Shown: positions 1 through 11,323, numbered from the stretch's first letter. The stretch: DNA of 64,000 bases from an uncultured delta proteobacterium (GCA_963812015.1 CAWETI010000002.1:64001-128000); one strand, 5' to 3'. Notes: a model not told the origin generated them from the letters alone. Numbers and translations are program-made.

Positions 1-722
1 GTCCGGGCGATGATCATGACGGGTTTGTCCGTTACCAGCATGGCCTGCTCATAGGCGGCCAGGACCTCGGGAAAGGAGTGGCCGTCCACCAGAATGGTTT
101 CCCAGCCGAAGGCGGCGATGCGGTTTTCGTAGGCCATGAGGTCGTGACCGTACATGGTTTCGCCCCGCTGGCCCAGGCGGTTGACGTCCAGGACCCCCAC
201 CAGGTTGTCCAACTTATAGTGGGCCGCCAACTGCATGGTCTCCCACTGGGAGCCCTCGGCCATCTCGCTGTCGCCCAGGAGCACGTAGGTGGTATAGGGG
301 AGCTGGTCCAGATACTTGGCGTTGAGGGCGATGCCCAAGCCGATGGCCAGGCCCTGCCCCAGGGAGCCGGTGGCCGCCTCGGTGTAGCGGAAGCTCATGG
401 TGGGATGGCCTTCCAGGGGGCTGCCGAAATGGCGGTAGGTCATGAGTTCCGCTTCGGTCATTTTTCCGGCCAAGGCCCACAAGGAATAAAAGAGGGGGGT
501 GGCGTGCCCCTTGGAAAAGATGAGGCGGTCGTTGTTGGGGTGCTTGGGGTTATCCAGGTCGTACCTGAAGCTGCCCCCGAACATGAGGCCGACCATCAGT
601 TCGGTGGCCGACAGGGACGAGGTAGGGTGACCGGAGCCGGCCTGGGTGGTCATGGTGAGAATATCATAGCGCATTAGGGCGGCCAGTTTTATCAGGTGGT
701 CCAACTTTTGAGCATCGGGCAT
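1..722 (-). CDS. tkt: Transketolase, N-terminal part (runs off window edge)
   Basis: Hand translation: MPDAQKLDHL..AGSGHPTSSLS..DRLIFSKGHA..LEGHP..ATGSLGQG..LGDSEMAEG (TPP-binding motif); GGAGGA RBS upstream. Confidence 0.93.
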   Translation of the reverse strand, partial: MPDAQKLDHLIKLAALMRYDILTMTTQAGSGHPTSSLSATELMVGLMFGGSFRYDLDNPKHPNNDRLIFSKGHATPLFYSLWALAGKMTEAELMTYRHFGSPLEGHPTMSFRYTEAATGSLGQGLAIGLGIALNAKYLDQLPYTTYVLLGDSEMAEGSQWETMQLAAHYKLDNLVGVLDVNRLGQRGETMYGHDLMAYENRIAAFGWETILVDGHSFPEVLAAYEQAMLVTDKPVMIIAR

Positions 723-1034
723 GTCGCACTTCCTCCTTGCGGCCTGCTTGAATCCTGGTTGCCAAGCTCTGTTCCGAAAAGTTCCAGCTTCAAAGTTCAA
801 AGTTAGGGGTATGCGCATCAGCAACTTATCATAGTTTCGGGTAGCCAAGGGCTCATGAATAACTGCTTGGGCACCAGAAAAATCGGATTCCGGAATAAAT
901 GCGTTTAATGGCGGTTAATAAAGAATTACCCCGCTCGTTAAAAGGTCTCCGCCGAGGTACGACGCGCCTTAACGCTTTTCTTTAACTTAATAACGAAACT
1001 CCCTTTGGCAATATCCCGGGACCACAAACCCGGC

Positions 1035-1811
1035 TCACTCGCGGTGCACCGGAAAGGTCAGCTCGGCCCCGTAGGCGCCGATGACGCCCACCAGGGGGGG
1101 CAAGGCGCAGATCAAGGCCAGATAGGCCAGGCTGGGCGCCTCACCTAACCGGGCCAGGATTCCCGGGTCAAGATAACGCCAGACCAAGGCGGCGACCCCC
1201 ACCAGGAGCAGCACGGGGGACAGGATGAGCTTGATGACCACGGGCTTGAGCGGCTTGGCCTCGTAATTCAGCCACCAGGTGAACCAGCCGGTGACCATGG
1301 CCGCCGGGGTGAAGAGAATGCCCCCCGCCAGGCAGTGGAAGCCCGTGACTTCGAAGGATTTCACCCCGGTGAAGAGATACAGAAGGGTGAACCCGGTGGC
1401 GGAGATCATAAACACAATGGGGAAGTGGACCAGCATGGGGTGGGGGTGGCGCTTCAAGAGGGGCGCCCGGTTCACCACCCGCATCCAGAACTGCCGGGCC
1501 GCCGAAGGTCCGGCCATGGGGGCCTCGGCCGGCGCGGTCTCTTCCTTGACGACCGCCACCTGGGGATAGCGGTCGAAAACTTCCTCGCCGTGGGGGGCGT
1601 CCTGAAACTCCCCGGTGAGATCACCCCCGGCCCGGTGGAGGCCCATGTGCTCGCCCCCCGCCCACAAACTGCTGCCGCTGACGTCGTAGATCTTGCCCTT
1701 AAAGGCGATATAGAGGGGTTGGCCGTCGGCCCCGGTCCTGGAAGCCAGTTCCCCGGGGGTCAATTCAGGTTTTTTGTCTTTTTTGTCTTTTTCGTCAGAG
1801 TTTTCGGTCAA
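1035..1811 (-). CDS. Cytochrome b5-like heme/steroid-binding domain fused to DUF2231-type membrane domain
   Basis: YIAFKGKIYDVS..W..G.H...H.AG.DLT..APHG cyt b5-like motif; HPMLVHFPI followed by 4 TM segments. Confidence 0.85.
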   Translation of the reverse strand: MTENSDEKDKKDKKPELTPGELASRTGADGQPLYIAFKGKIYDVSGSSLWAGGEHMGLHRAGGDLTGEFQDAPHGEEVFDRYPQVAVVKEETAPAEAPMAGPSAARQFWMRVVNRAPLLKRHPHPMLVHFPIVFMISATGFTLLYLFTGVKSFEVTGFHCLAGGILFTPAAMVTGWFTWWLNYEAKPLKPVVIKLILSPVLLLVGVAALVWRYLDPGILARLGEAPSLAYLALICALPPLVGVIGAYGAELTFPVHRE

Positions 1812-1816
1812 TGCGA

Positions 1817-2359
1817 CTATCCTTTCTCTGCGCCCGGCGGCGGCGTCTCCTGGTCCAGGGGAAAGGTGAGCATGCCCCCGAAGTAGCCGTTGGCCGTCAC
1901 CAGCGGGGTCAGGGACAGGACCAGGAGGAAGTAGAGGAAGTTGACCCCGCTGAGATCATCCAAGACGCGGGGGTTTAGCCACCGCCAAACAAAGGCCGTG
2001 GCGGCGATGCTCATCACCGCGTAGGACAGGGCTTTTTCGATGTGCACGGTCTGGTCCGCCCCGCCGGGATAATTGAGCCGGTGGGTCAACAGGCCGGTGG
2101 CCACCGCCAGGGGCAGGGTGAGCAGCCCGCCTCCCAGGCAGTAAAACGCCGTGGCATCAAAGGATTTGTCCCCCGTAATGACAAAGAGGACGCTGAAAAA
2201 AGTGGCGGACAGCATGAACACGATGGGAAAATGGGACAGCGCCGGATGGGGGTGGCGCCGGAGCCGGGGAAAGCGGTCCAGGAGCCGGGCCCAGGTCGGT
2301 GGCAGCTCCGGCCCAACTGAGGGGGGCGACTCGGGAGTATGTTCTCTTTTATCAGGCAC
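1817..2359 (-). CDS. DUF2231-type membrane protein, paralog of the C-terminal half of the adjacent gene
   Basis: HPHPALSHFPIVF motif, 4 TM segments, collinear similarity to 1035..1811. Confidence 0.8.
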   Translation of the reverse strand: MPDKREHTPESPPSVGPELPPTWARLLDRFPRLRRHPHPALSHFPIVFMLSATFFSVLFVITGDKSFDATAFYCLGGGLLTLPLAVATGLLTHRLNYPGGADQTVHIEKALSYAVMSIAATAFVWRWLNPRVLDDLSGVNFLYFLLVLSLTPLVTANGYFGGMLTFPLDQETPPPGAEKG

Positions 2360-2363
2360 GGTC

Positions 2364-3302
2364 TTAATGCATCAGGTTGGCCAGCACCAGGCTCAACATG
2401 GCCAGAGGGTAGGCGCTGGCCCGGTTGAAGAGAGCCGCGGCCTGGGCCGGGTCTTTGGTCCGATACAGGCGATAGCCCGGCAGGAGGAGCAGATAGCCCC
2501 CCGCGGCCACGGCCAGTCCCACCATGAACGGTGAGAACCGGAGGGGGGCCACCGAGAGCAGCGCCGCGCTTAAGGCCACGCTGAGGGCGAGGCTCCCCAG
2601 GATAATGGCGCCGGCCCCCTCCGGGCCATGGCGCACCGGAATGGTTTGGGCCCGCAGGCGTCGGTCCTCCTCCACATCATGCCAGTCGGCGGGGATATTC
2701 TGTCCCCCGATTTCCCAGCAGAAGAGCCACAGAAACAGGAGGAACAGGAACCCGGGGGCAGGGTGCGGGTCCACGGCCAAGACCGCGGCCACCCCGCCCA
2801 GGGTCTTGACCAGGCCGCTGACCAGGGTCCTCAGATGGCTGACCCGGAGCAGCCGGCAATAGACCGCCTCCAGCAGGCACCCGCCCACAAAGATATAGGC
2901 GCAGACGGGATTGAGACGGTAGGCCCCCGCCAGGGCCATGGCCGCCCAGGCTGCGGTCCACAGGAGCCCTTCCCCGAAACTCACCTGCCCCTGGGCCATG
3001 GGGTGGCGCAGGAACAGGGCATCCAGATAACCGGCCTTGGTCCGTCCCCCGGCCGCCTCAAGCTTGGCTTGATCGACCCGGTAGTCCACCACGTCGTTTA
3101 AGGCATATACCGCGGTATAGCCGGCGAACACGGTCAACAAGCCCAGGGCCGTCACCCCCAAAGGCGGCAGGCCCCCCAGCCAGAGGAGGGCCGCCAGGGC
3201 CGGCGTGGCCAGGTCCAGCAGGCCATGGGGCGTGCGGGACAGGGCCAGAAAGAGCTTGACCCGGGAAAGCCTGAGGGCCAGGGGGGGCGAGGTGGCGTTC
3301 AG
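2364..3302 (-). CDS. UbiA-family prenyltransferase (probable CTG start)
   Basis: YALNDVVDYRVD and ADWHDVEEDRR Asp-rich motifs, many TMs; open frame extends to a CTG 6 nt after AGGAGG. Confidence 0.85.
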   Translation of the reverse strand: MNATSPPLALRLSRVKLFLALSRTPHGLLDLATPALAALLWLGGLPPLGVTALGLLTVFAGYTAVYALNDVVDYRVDQAKLEAAGGRTKAGYLDALFLRHPMAQGQVSFGEGLLWTAAWAAMALAGAYRLNPVCAYIFVGGCLLEAVYCRLLRVSHLRTLVSGLVKTLGGVAAVLAVDPHPAPGFLFLLFLWLFCWEIGGQNIPADWHDVEEDRRLRAQTIPVRHGPEGAGAIILGSLALSVALSAALLSVAPLRFSPFMVGLAVAAGGYLLLLPGYRLYRTKDPAQAAALFNRASAYPLAMLSLVLANLMH

Positions 3303-3594
3303 GGACAGCCTCCTTTTGGCGCACCCGGTGCGGGTTTACGCGGCACCGCCGACGGCACCCGGTATGGCCCCCGGGGGGTGCGTAACAGATTGGGATTAAT
3401 CAGTAAGATAAGGCCCACCCGGGGCCTGTCAAGCACCGGCCCCGGCTTTGGCAAGCCGTGAGCCGGTTCCTGGAGGGCGCCGGTTATCCGGTTTCCCGGC
3501 GCCTCTGGAGGGCACCTGAGGGTGGTGAATAAAATTTCAGAGAAATTATTAATGGTTACGGCAACTTCTCCGATTAGGGGATGGCTTTTCCACC

Positions 3595-3623
3595 TTGACA
3601 GGAGTAAGGTGGGTTCTTAGTTT
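3595..3623 (+). promoter_or_regulatory. Putative sigma70 promoter of the nuo operon
   Basis: TTGACA-17 nt-TAGTTT upstream of nuoA. Confidence 0.45.
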
Positions 3624-3729
3624 GTGCATATATCCGCGGCCAAGGCCAGGATTCGAGGACAAGTATGGCCGGCTGGCCCAGGGCTGCTTTAAGCGGTGGC
3701 CCCTCGGCCCGGTTGGATAAGGAACGCCT

Positions 3730-4155
3730 ATGCATCCGGTAGCGCCCGTCACGTTATCCCCCTGGGCGCCGGGGTTATTCAGCTTTGTGCTGTTCGTGGC
3801 CATCGTCCTGGGCCTGTTGGCGGTATTGTTGTTCCTGACCGGCTGGCTGGGGGAGAAGAAGCCCGATCCGGAAAAAGCCCGCCCGTATGAATGTGGGGTG
3901 ATTCCCACCGGGGGGGCCAGGTTCCGCTATCCGGTGCGGTTTTATCTGGTGGCGGTCTTTTTCCTCATCTTCGACGTGGAAGCCGCGTTTATTTTTTCCT
4001 GGGCCGTGGCCATGGAGGATCTGAGCTGGCGCGGCTGGCTCCAGATCTCCTTTTTTATCATCGTCCTGCTGCTCAGCCTCTTCTACATCTGGAAAAAAGG
4101 AGGACTGGATTGGAGCCCCATCGCGCCACCTCGCCGGATAAGCCCGAAAACCTGA
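3730..4155 (+). CDS. nuoA: NADH-quinone oxidoreductase subunit A
   Basis: [27 protein letters not shown] motifs. Confidence 0.95.
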   Translation: MHPVAPVTLSPWAPGLFSFVLFVAIVLGLLAVLLFLTGWLGEKKPDPEKARPYECGVIPTGGARFRYPVRFYLVAVFFLIFDVEAAFIFSWAVAMEDLSWRGWLQISFFIIVLLLSLFYIWKKGGLDWSPIAPPRRISPKT

Positions 4156-6506
4156 TTCTCAGCCGCATCGACGGGCTGGTCAACTGGTGCCGGGCCTACA
4201 GCTTCTGGCCGATGTTCTTCGGGCTGTCCTGCTGTTTTATCGAGGAATCCACCGCGCTCACGCCCCGGTATGACCTGGCCCGGTTCGGGGCGGAAGTCCT
4301 CCGGGGTTCCCCCCGGCAGGCTGACCTGTTGATCATCTCCGGGACGGTATTTAAAAAGATCGCTCCGGTGGTGCTCAGATTGTACGAGCAGATGGCGGAG
4401 CCCAAGTGGGTGATCTCCATGGGGTCCTGCGCCAACAGCGGCGGCATGTACGACTGCTACAGCGTGGTGCAGGGAGTGGACCAGATCATGCCGGTGGACA
4501 TCTATATCCCCGGCTGCCCGCCCCGGCCCGAGGCGGTCTTGCAGGGCCTGGTGAAGCTTCAGGAAAAGGTTAGATCCGAGCGGCCGGCCCGGAAAATCTT
4601 CCACCTGCAGGGCGGCGCCCAGGGGACCCAGAGGCCCCTGGCGGTGGACGGCGTCAACAAATCACGGGATGCCCGGGGCCCCGGTTATTACGGCACGCCC
4701 CTGCGGGGGACCGCAGTGACCCCGCCCTGGTTTTGGGAGAGCCGTTCGGACCTCATGTGGACCCCGCCCCCGGCCCGCATCGAATTGACCGAGGCTGACC
4801 AGTCCCTGGCCCAGGCGCTCCGGGAAAAATTCGGGGACGCGGTGCAGCCTGCGCCCGAGACCTCCGACATGGCGACCTTCCAGGTGGCCGAGGCCCGGGT
4901 CAAAGAGGTGCTGCGCTTCCTCAAGACCGAGGCGGCGCCCCGGTTCCGGCGCCTGGAGGACCTCACCGCGGTGGATGAATCCACCCGCCGGCAACGCTCC
5001 GAATATCCCGATTACACCCTGATTTACCACCTCCTGGCCTTTGAGCCCCCCACCCGCGTGCGGCTGAAAGTGCCCCTCCACGGGACCGATCCCGTCACCC
5101 CAAGCATCACCGATATCTGGCCGTCGGCCAACTGGTACGAGCGGGAATGCTTTGATATGTTCGGCATCCGCTTCGACGGCCACCCCCGTCTCTGGCGGCT
5201 CCTCATGCCCCACGACTGGAAGGGCCATCCCTTAAGGAAGAGCTACCCGGACCGGGCCACCAGTCTTCCGCCCTATACCCAGGCGTCGGCCCGTAAATAT
5301 CAGCCCCTGGACGCCGGCAAATACCTGGAAGGCCGGCTGGGAGCAGACGAGTTCATTTTAAACGTCGGCCCCCACCATCCCAGCACCCACGGCCTGATCC
5401 GCTTTATCCTGGCCCTCCACGGCGAGGAAATCCTGGCCATGGACACGGACATCGGCTACCACCACCGGTCGGTGGAAAAGATCGGCGAGCGCCAGTCCTG
5501 GCACCAGTTCATCCCCTATACCGACCGGGCCGACTACCTGTGCGGGGTGGCCAACAACCTGAGCTACCTCCAGGCCGTGGAAACCCTGGCGGGCATCAAG
5601 GTGCCGGACCGGGCCCAGTTTGTCCGGGTGATGCTCACCGAGTTGTTCCGCCTGAGCAACCACCTGGTGTGGTTCTCCACCTTCACGGTGGATACCGGGG
5701 CTATCACCCCCACCTTTTATGCCTTCGCCGAGCGCGAAAAAATCATGGACATCATCGAGCTCATCACCGGGGGGCGGCTCCACCCGTCCTGGTTCCGGCT
5801 GGGGGGCCTGGCCGCGGACCTGCCGGATGGCTGGAAAGCATTGGTGGACGACTTCGTGAAGGGATTTGCCCACGTGGTTGGTGAACTGGAAAAGGCCGTT
5901 ACCCGGAATCCCATTTGGGAAGCCCGGACCCGGGGCATCGGGGTGCTCTCTTTGGAGGACGCCATGGATTGGGGCGTGACCGGGGCCAACCTCAGGGCCT
6001 GCGGCCTGGAATGGGACCTGAGGAAAAAGTTCCCTTACTCCGCTTACGAGGCCTTTGATTTTGAGATTCCCACCGCCGAGGCGGGCGACAGCTACGCCCG
6101 CTACCTGGTGCGGGTGGCGGAGATGCGCCAGAGTCTCAGGATCATCCAGCAGGCGGCCGACCGGATGCCGCCCGGGCGCTACGTCACTGACGACTACCGC
6201 TACGCCATCCCCCGGAAAGAAGATACCCTGAAGGATATCGAAAGCCTGATCCACCATTTTATCAATATCACCCGGGGGCCCAAGATACCCCGGGGCGAGG
6301 CCTATGCCGCCACGGAGCACCCCCGGGGCGAGCAGGGCTTCTACGTGGTGAGCGACGGTCTCAACATGGCGTATCGAATGCGCATCCGGTCGCCCGGTTT
6401 TGCCAATGTCCAGGTCTTGCCCCTGATGACCGTGGGGCACCTGCTGTCGGATTTTATCGCCCTGATCGGCTCCATCGATTACGTCATGCCGGATATTGAT
6501 CGGTAG
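4110..6506 (+). CDS. nuoBCD: NADH-quinone oxidoreductase fused subunits B/C/D
   Basis: One ORF holding NuoB (GLSCC, MGSCA, IPGCPP), NuoC (NWYERE..DMFG) and NuoD ([15 protein letters not shown]); TTG start after AGGAGG. Confidence 0.93.
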   Translation: MEPHRATSPDKPENLILSRIDGLVNWCRAYSFWPMFFGLSCCFIEESTALTPRYDLARFGAEVLRGSPRQADLLIISGTVFKKIAPVVLRLYEQMAEPKWVISMGSCANSGGMYDCYSVVQGVDQIMPVDIYIPGCPPRPEAVLQGLVKLQEKVRSERPARKIFHLQGGAQGTQRPLAVDGVNKSRDARGPGYYGTPLRGTAVTPPWFWESRSDLMWTPPPARIELTEADQSLAQALREKFGDAVQPAPETSDMATFQVAEARVKEVLRFLKTEAAPRFRRLEDLTAVDESTRRQRSEYPDYTLIYHLLAFEPPTRVRLKVPLHGTDPVTPSITDIWPSANWYERECFDMFGIRFDGHPRLWRLLMPHDWKGHPLRKSYPDRATSLPPYTQASARKYQPLDAGKYLEGRLGADEFILNVGPHHPSTHGLIRFILALHGEEILAMDTDIGYHHRSVEKIGERQSWHQFIPYTDRADYLCGVANNLSYLQAVETLAGIKVPDRAQFVRVMLTELFRLSNHLVWFSTFTVDTGAITPTFYAFAEREKIMDIIELITGGRLHPSWFRLGGLAADLPDGWKALVDDFVKGFAHVVGELEKAVTRNPIWEARTRGIGVLSLEDAMDWGVTGANLRACGLEWDLRKKFPYSAYEAFDFEIPTAEAGDSYARYLVRVAEMRQSLRIIQQAADRMPPGRYVTDDYRYAIPRKEDTLKDIESLIHHFINITRGPKIPRGEAYAATEHPRGEQGFYVVSDGLNMAYRMRIRSPGFANVQVLPLMTVGHLLSDFIALIGSIDYVMPDIDR

Positions 6507-6704
6507 CGGACTGAAATTTGGGTAACACGACATGAATAAAATTTTGAGGCGGGCACGGAGGCCTGCTCCACCGGGAAACAGAAGGTGGGGCGGCCGTCCC
6601 TGGCCGCCACCTTTGGTGGCACAGGCTTTCCAGCCTGTGCGCTGCACCGGCGTTCAACCTTTTTCCCTCTCTCCCAGTGGGTGAGGGGGCAGAAATCCAG
6701 GCTC

Positions 6705-7199
6705 ATGATCCCTGAACCATTACGTGAGAAACTGAAAACCCAGATCGACCAGGCCGAAACCCCCCAGGAACAGGCCGTCAACGTCATGTACGAGATCCAG
6801 CGGCATTACGGCTATCTCACGGACGAAGGGCTGATCGAGGCCGCGGCCCTGGTGGGGATGACCCCCCTGGAGCTGGAGGAATTGGCTACCTTCTACGACT
6901 TCATCTACCGGGAGCCCGTGGGCCGGTTCGTCCTCCACATCTGCGACGGCGTGGTCTGCTGGATGTTCCACGAGGGGTCGCTGTTCGACTATCTGTGCCG
7001 GAAATTGGGGGTGTGCCCCGGGGAGGTCTCCGCCGACGGCATGTTCACCGTGCTGCCCACCGCCTGCATCGGCTACTGCGACCAGGCCCCGGCCATGGTG
7101 GTTAACGGCCGGTTTTTCGGTAATCTCACCCCTTCGCTGATCGATGAGATCCTGGAGCAATTGAAGACCGAACCCTGTGACCTCGTCCTGTGCCGGTGA
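6705..7199 (+). CDS. nuoE: NADH-quinone oxidoreductase subunit E
   Basis: ATFY, CDGVVC..CIGYC 2Fe-2S ligands. Confidence 0.93.
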   Translation: MIPEPLREKLKTQIDQAETPQEQAVNVMYEIQRHYGYLTDEGLIEAAALVGMTPLELEELATFYDFIYREPVGRFVLHICDGVVCWMFHEGSLFDYLCRKLGVCPGEVSADGMFTVLPTACIGYCDQAPAMVVNGRFFGNLTPSLIDEILEQLKTEPCDLVLCR

Positions 7200-7203
7200 T
7201 TGT

Positions 7204-8466
7204 ATGTACGAGCAAGCCCTCTTCAAAAATCGTCAGGCCGGACGCCCCGCCACCCTTGACGAGTATCGCGCCGGGGGCGGCTACCAGGCCCTGACCGACG
7301 CGGTCAAAAAATATTCCCCCCAGGACCTCATCGGGCTCCTCAAGGAGTCCGGCCTGTCGGGACGGGGCGGCGCCGGCTTTCCCACCTGGCGGAAATGGAG
7401 CTTTGTCCACGCCGACGCCCCCCATCCCCGCTACGTCGGCGCCAATACCGATGAAATGGAGCCGGGCACCTTCAAGGACCGGGTCCTGGTCAACACGGAC
7501 CCCCACCTGGTTCTGGAAGGCATCACCTTGGCCGGGTATGCCATCAACGCCCAAAAGGCCTTTTATTTCATCCGGCCCACCTACGAGATGGACGCCCAGC
7601 TTATCGAACGGGAACTCCAGGTGGCCCGGGAGGCGGGGTTTTTGGGGAAGAATATCCTGGGCAGCGATTTTTCCTTTGACATCGCGGTGCACCGCAGCGC
7701 CGGGCGCTACATCTGCGGCGAGGCCACGGCCATGGTCCAGGCCATCATGGGCAAACGGCCCCACCCCCAGAAAAACGTCCACATGACCGATGCGGGCCTG
7801 TGGGACCGGCCCACCATCGTCAACAACGCCGAAACCCTGGCCTGCGTGCCCCTGGTGATCAGCAACGGCGGCGCCTGGTTCAAGAGCCTGGCCCGGACCG
7901 AGACCGGGGCCGGCACCAAGCTCTACTGCATCAGCGGCAAGGTCGTCAAGCCCGGCTGCTATGAGCTCCCCATGGGCATTCCCTTCCGGGAGATCCTGGA
8001 GGAGGTGGCCGGGGGCATGCTGCCGGGGTCCGAACTCAAGGCCTTCATCCCGGGGGGGGCCTCCACCAGCTTCATGCCGCCAAAATTTGCCGACGTGGCC
8101 ATGGATATCGAATCCTTGAAACAGGTGGGCCACCGTTTCGGCACCGGCGCCATCATAATTTTCGATCAGAAGACCTGCATCCTGGGCGCCACCCTGAACC
8201 TGATCAACTATTTCGCCCGGGAATCCTGCGGCTTCTGCACCCCCTGCCGCCAGGGCCTGCCGTATATTCAAGACCTGCTCCAGCGCCTGGAAAACGGCGA
8301 GGGCCGTGAAGAATTCATCCCCATACTCCGGGAGATGGCCGGGCACATGGACAAGGCCTACTGCGCCTTCGCGCCCGGAGCGGCCCAGCCGGTCAAGGGC
8401 ATGTTGCAGTATTTCGAAGACGAGGTGCGGGAACACATCATTCAAAAGAAGTGCCCGTTTAAATGA
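7204..8466 (+). CDS. nuoF: NADH-quinone oxidoreductase subunit F
   Basis: GRGGAGFPT, DEMEPGTFKDR, YICGE, ESCGFCTPCR. Confidence 0.95.
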   Translation: MYEQALFKNRQAGRPATLDEYRAGGGYQALTDAVKKYSPQDLIGLLKESGLSGRGGAGFPTWRKWSFVHADAPHPRYVGANTDEMEPGTFKDRVLVNTDPHLVLEGITLAGYAINAQKAFYFIRPTYEMDAQLIERELQVAREAGFLGKNILGSDFSFDIAVHRSAGRYICGEATAMVQAIMGKRPHPQKNVHMTDAGLWDRPTIVNNAETLACVPLVISNGGAWFKSLARTETGAGTKLYCISGKVVKPGCYELPMGIPFREILEEVAGGMLPGSELKAFIPGGASTSFMPPKFADVAMDIESLKQVGHRFGTGAIIIFDQKTCILGATLNLINYFARESCGFCTPCRQGLPYIQDLLQRLENGEGREEFIPILREMAGHMDKAYCAFAPGAAQPVKGMLQYFEDEVREHIIQKKCPFK

Positions 8467-8520
8467 GGCCATTGTCGGACGCAGTCCCGGTAAGAGGATA
8501 TCGGAAAACGCAGACTAAAC

Positions 8521-8667
8521 GGGTATGGGCCAAAGGCGGCTCACCCCGGCAATGAAAAATCCCCCCTGCCCCCCTTTTACAAAGGGGGGCATAAGGACGA
8601 CGGGTTCAAGTCCCCCTTTGCAAAAGGGGGATTTAGGGAGATTTGAGACGAGTTTTTCACGGTAAAG
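8521..8667. repeat. ~150-bp palindromic intergenic repeat (CCCCCTTT..AAAGGGGG family); inverted copy at 13041-13190
   Basis: Collinear reverse-complement match to 13041-13190; related core at 18895-18985. Confidence 0.8.
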
Positions 8668-8742
8668 CCTGCGGCTATAGGTAACTGCCGCAAAACCAAG
8701 GTCTTTGCTACAAGCTAATAGCTTTTTCAAAGAGAATCGCCA

Positions 8743-11319
8743 TTGCCGAAACTCACCATCGATAGCCGGGAAATCGAAGTCCCCCAGGGCGCCAACGTGC
8801 TGGAGGCCGCGGCGCGGCTGGGCATTATGATCCCCCGGTTCTGCTACCATCCGGCCCTGGGCTCCGTGGGCGCCTGCCGGGTCTGTGCCGTCAAGTTTCT
8901 CGAGGGCCGGGTCAAAGGGGTGGAGATGAGCTGCATGGTGGAGGCCGAGGACGGCATGGTGGTCTCTACCAACCACCCGGACGCGGTGGATTACCGGAAA
9001 TACGTCATCGAGTGGCTCATGCTGGACCACCCTCTGGATTGCCCGGTGTGCGACGAAGGGGGCCACTGCCTCCTCCAGGACGAAACCGTCTCCGGCGGCC
9101 ACGGCATCCGGCGCTTCCTGGGCCTCAAGCGCACCTACCAGGACCAGGACCTGGGATGGTTCGTGCAGCACGACATGAACCGCTGCATCCAGTGCTGGCG
9201 CTGCCGGCGTTTCTACCAGGAATATGCCGGCTACCGGGACCTGGGGGCCTTGCAGATCGGCCGCCGCACCTATTTCGGGCGTTTTAGCGACGGGGCCCTG
9301 GAAAGCCCCTTTGCCGGCAATCTCATCGATGTCTGCCCCACCGGGGTGTTCACCGATAAGCCCTCCCGGGACAAAGGGCGGCGGTGGAATTTTGAACGGG
9401 GGCCGTCCTTGTGCCTCCACTGCTCTTTGGGCTGCAACACCGTGGCCAGCGCCCAGTATCGGGAGATGGTGCGTCTGGAAGGCCGGCACAATGACGCGGT
9501 GAACGGCTACTTCATCTGCGACCGGGGCCGCTATGGCTTTGCCTACGCCAACCACCCGGAGCGGCCCCGCCGGGCCCGCCGAGGCGACCGGGAAGTGCCC
9601 TGGGGCGAGGGGATTGAGGCCGCGGCGGCCGGGCTGGCCCGGATCAGCCGGGAGTACGGCCCCGGAGCGGTGGCCTGCGTGGGCGGCGTCCGCAGCAGCC
9701 TCGAGACCCAGGCGGCCCTGACGCTCTTCTGCCGCACCCAGGGCTGGCGGGACCCCCAGTTCTTCTGGGACCCTCGGCTGGAGCGCAAGGTTAAGGCCGC
9801 GGTGGACCGGCTGGACGCCCGCCTGGCGGTCTCTTTGCGTGAGCTGGAATCTGCGGATTTTATCCTCGCGGTGGGGGCCGACCCGGTCAACGAAGCCCCC
9901 ATGCTGGCCCTGGCGCTTCGCCAGGCCCGGCGCCGGGGGGCGACGGTTACGGTCCTGGACCCCCGGCCGGTGTTCCTGCCCTTCGAGTTCGAACACCTGG
10001 CGGTGCCCCCCGGGCTGCTCGATAGCGCGCTGGGCGCCCTGGTCAAAGAAGCCCTGTCCGCCGAGGCGGCGCCGGGGCTGCAGGAGCCGGCCCGAAAATT
10101 TTACGAGGCCCTGCCCGACCGGTATCCCGGCGACCCGGCCCTGGCGACGCGCCTGGTGTCGTTAGCTGAGGCCTTACAAAAAAGTAGCAAGCCCGTGGTG
10201 ATCTGCGGTACCGACATCGTCCGGGAGACCACCCCATCTTGCGCCGCGGATGTCGCTTGGCTCCTCAAGAGCGCTGGGAAAGATGCGGGCCTGTTCTATC
10301 TTTTGCCCGGGGCCAACGCCTTCGGGGCCGCTCTGCTCTCCGCCCCCGAGAGTCCCGAGATAGCCGGTGGCCAGTGGCCCTGGGGGCCGGGCGCGCTGGG
10401 GGAACCGGTGGGCCCGGGCGAGCCTGCCAGCAGCGCCAGCCAAATCCTGGCAGGGATTGATCAGGGGGAAATCAAGGCCCTGGTGCTGGTGGAAAACGAC
10501 CCTTTCTGGGCCTTTTACGACGAGGAGCGGCTGGCCTGGGCCCTCTCCAGACTCGAGTTCCTCCTGGTCCTGGACTATGTGCCCTCACCGGTGGTCAAAC
10601 GGGCCCACGTGGCCCTGCCCACCGTGCCGCTGTTCGAGCGAGGGGCGGGCAGCTTCGTCAACCAGGAGGGCCGGGCCCAATCAGCCCCGCCGGTGCACTT
10701 CGGGGGGGTGCCCCTGGCCCTCATCAGCCCGGAGGTTCATCCGCCCCGCACCTTTCTCGACCACGTCCCCGGGAGCGATCCCCGCACCCCGGCGGAGATT
10801 TTTTCTGAGCTGACCCTGGCCCTGTCCGGACTTGCGGCCCCCGCCCCCCTGGACCCGTGGACCTGGTTGGGCCGGCGCCACCCGGTTTTCCGGCAGATGG
10901 AGGCCTTACCCGGGTGCCCGGCAGGGGTGCGGCTGCTGCCTTCGGCGCAACCCGAGCGTGATTTTACTACCTTTCCGGGGCCGCCCGAAGCCGAAGCTCC
11001 AGACCGCCTGGAACTCCTGCTGGTGGACTGGACCTTCGGCACCGAGGAACTGGCGGGTTACTCAAACCTCATGCGCCAGGCGGAAGCGGCCCCGGTACTG
11101 TGCCTGCACCCCCGGGATGCCGAGAAATCCGGCCTGGCGGACGGCGACCGGGCCGCCCTCCACCTCCCCAAGGGGTCCCTGGCCGTCACGGTGAAGGTGA
11201 CCGCCGCCATGGCCCCGGGGGTAATGGTCCTCCCCCGGCACCGCCAACTGGACTGGCGCAAGCTCCCGGAGACGCCGGTGTATCTGACCCCCAACCGCAT
11301 TGACAAGGTGCAGGGGTGA
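8743..11319 (+). CDS. nuoG: NADH-quinone oxidoreductase subunit G
   Basis: IPRFCYHP..GACRVC, HPLDCPVCDEGGHC, RCIQCWRC, CLHCSLGC Fe-S motifs. Confidence 0.95.
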   Translation: MPKLTIDSREIEVPQGANVLEAAARLGIMIPRFCYHPALGSVGACRVCAVKFLEGRVKGVEMSCMVEAEDGMVVSTNHPDAVDYRKYVIEWLMLDHPLDCPVCDEGGHCLLQDETVSGGHGIRRFLGLKRTYQDQDLGWFVQHDMNRCIQCWRCRRFYQEYAGYRDLGALQIGRRTYFGRFSDGALESPFAGNLIDVCPTGVFTDKPSRDKGRRWNFERGPSLCLHCSLGCNTVASAQYREMVRLEGRHNDAVNGYFICDRGRYGFAYANHPERPRRARRGDREVPWGEGIEAAAAGLARISREYGPGAVACVGGVRSSLETQAALTLFCRTQGWRDPQFFWDPRLERKVKAAVDRLDARLAVSLRELESADFILAVGADPVNEAPMLALALRQARRRGATVTVLDPRPVFLPFEFEHLAVPPGLLDSALGALVKEALSAEAAPGLQEPARKFYEALPDRYPGDPALATRLVSLAEALQKSSKPVVICGTDIVRETTPSCAADVAWLLKSAGKDAGLFYLLPGANAFGAALLSAPESPEIAGGQWPWGPGALGEPVGPGEPASSASQILAGIDQGEIKALVLVENDPFWAFYDEERLAWALSRLEFLLVLDYVPSPVVKRAHVALPTVPLFERGAGSFVNQEGRAQSAPPVHFGGVPLALISPEVHPPRTFLDHVPGSDPRTPAEIFSELTLALSGLAAPAPLDPWTWLGRRHPVFRQMEALPGCPAGVRLLPSAQPERDFTTFPGPPEAEAPDRLELLLVDWTFGTEELAGYSNLMRQAEAAPVLCLHPRDAEKSGLADGDRAALHLPKGSLAVTVKVTAAMAPGVMVLPRHRQLDWRKLPETPVYLTPNRIDKVQG

Positions 11320-11323
11320 TCCC

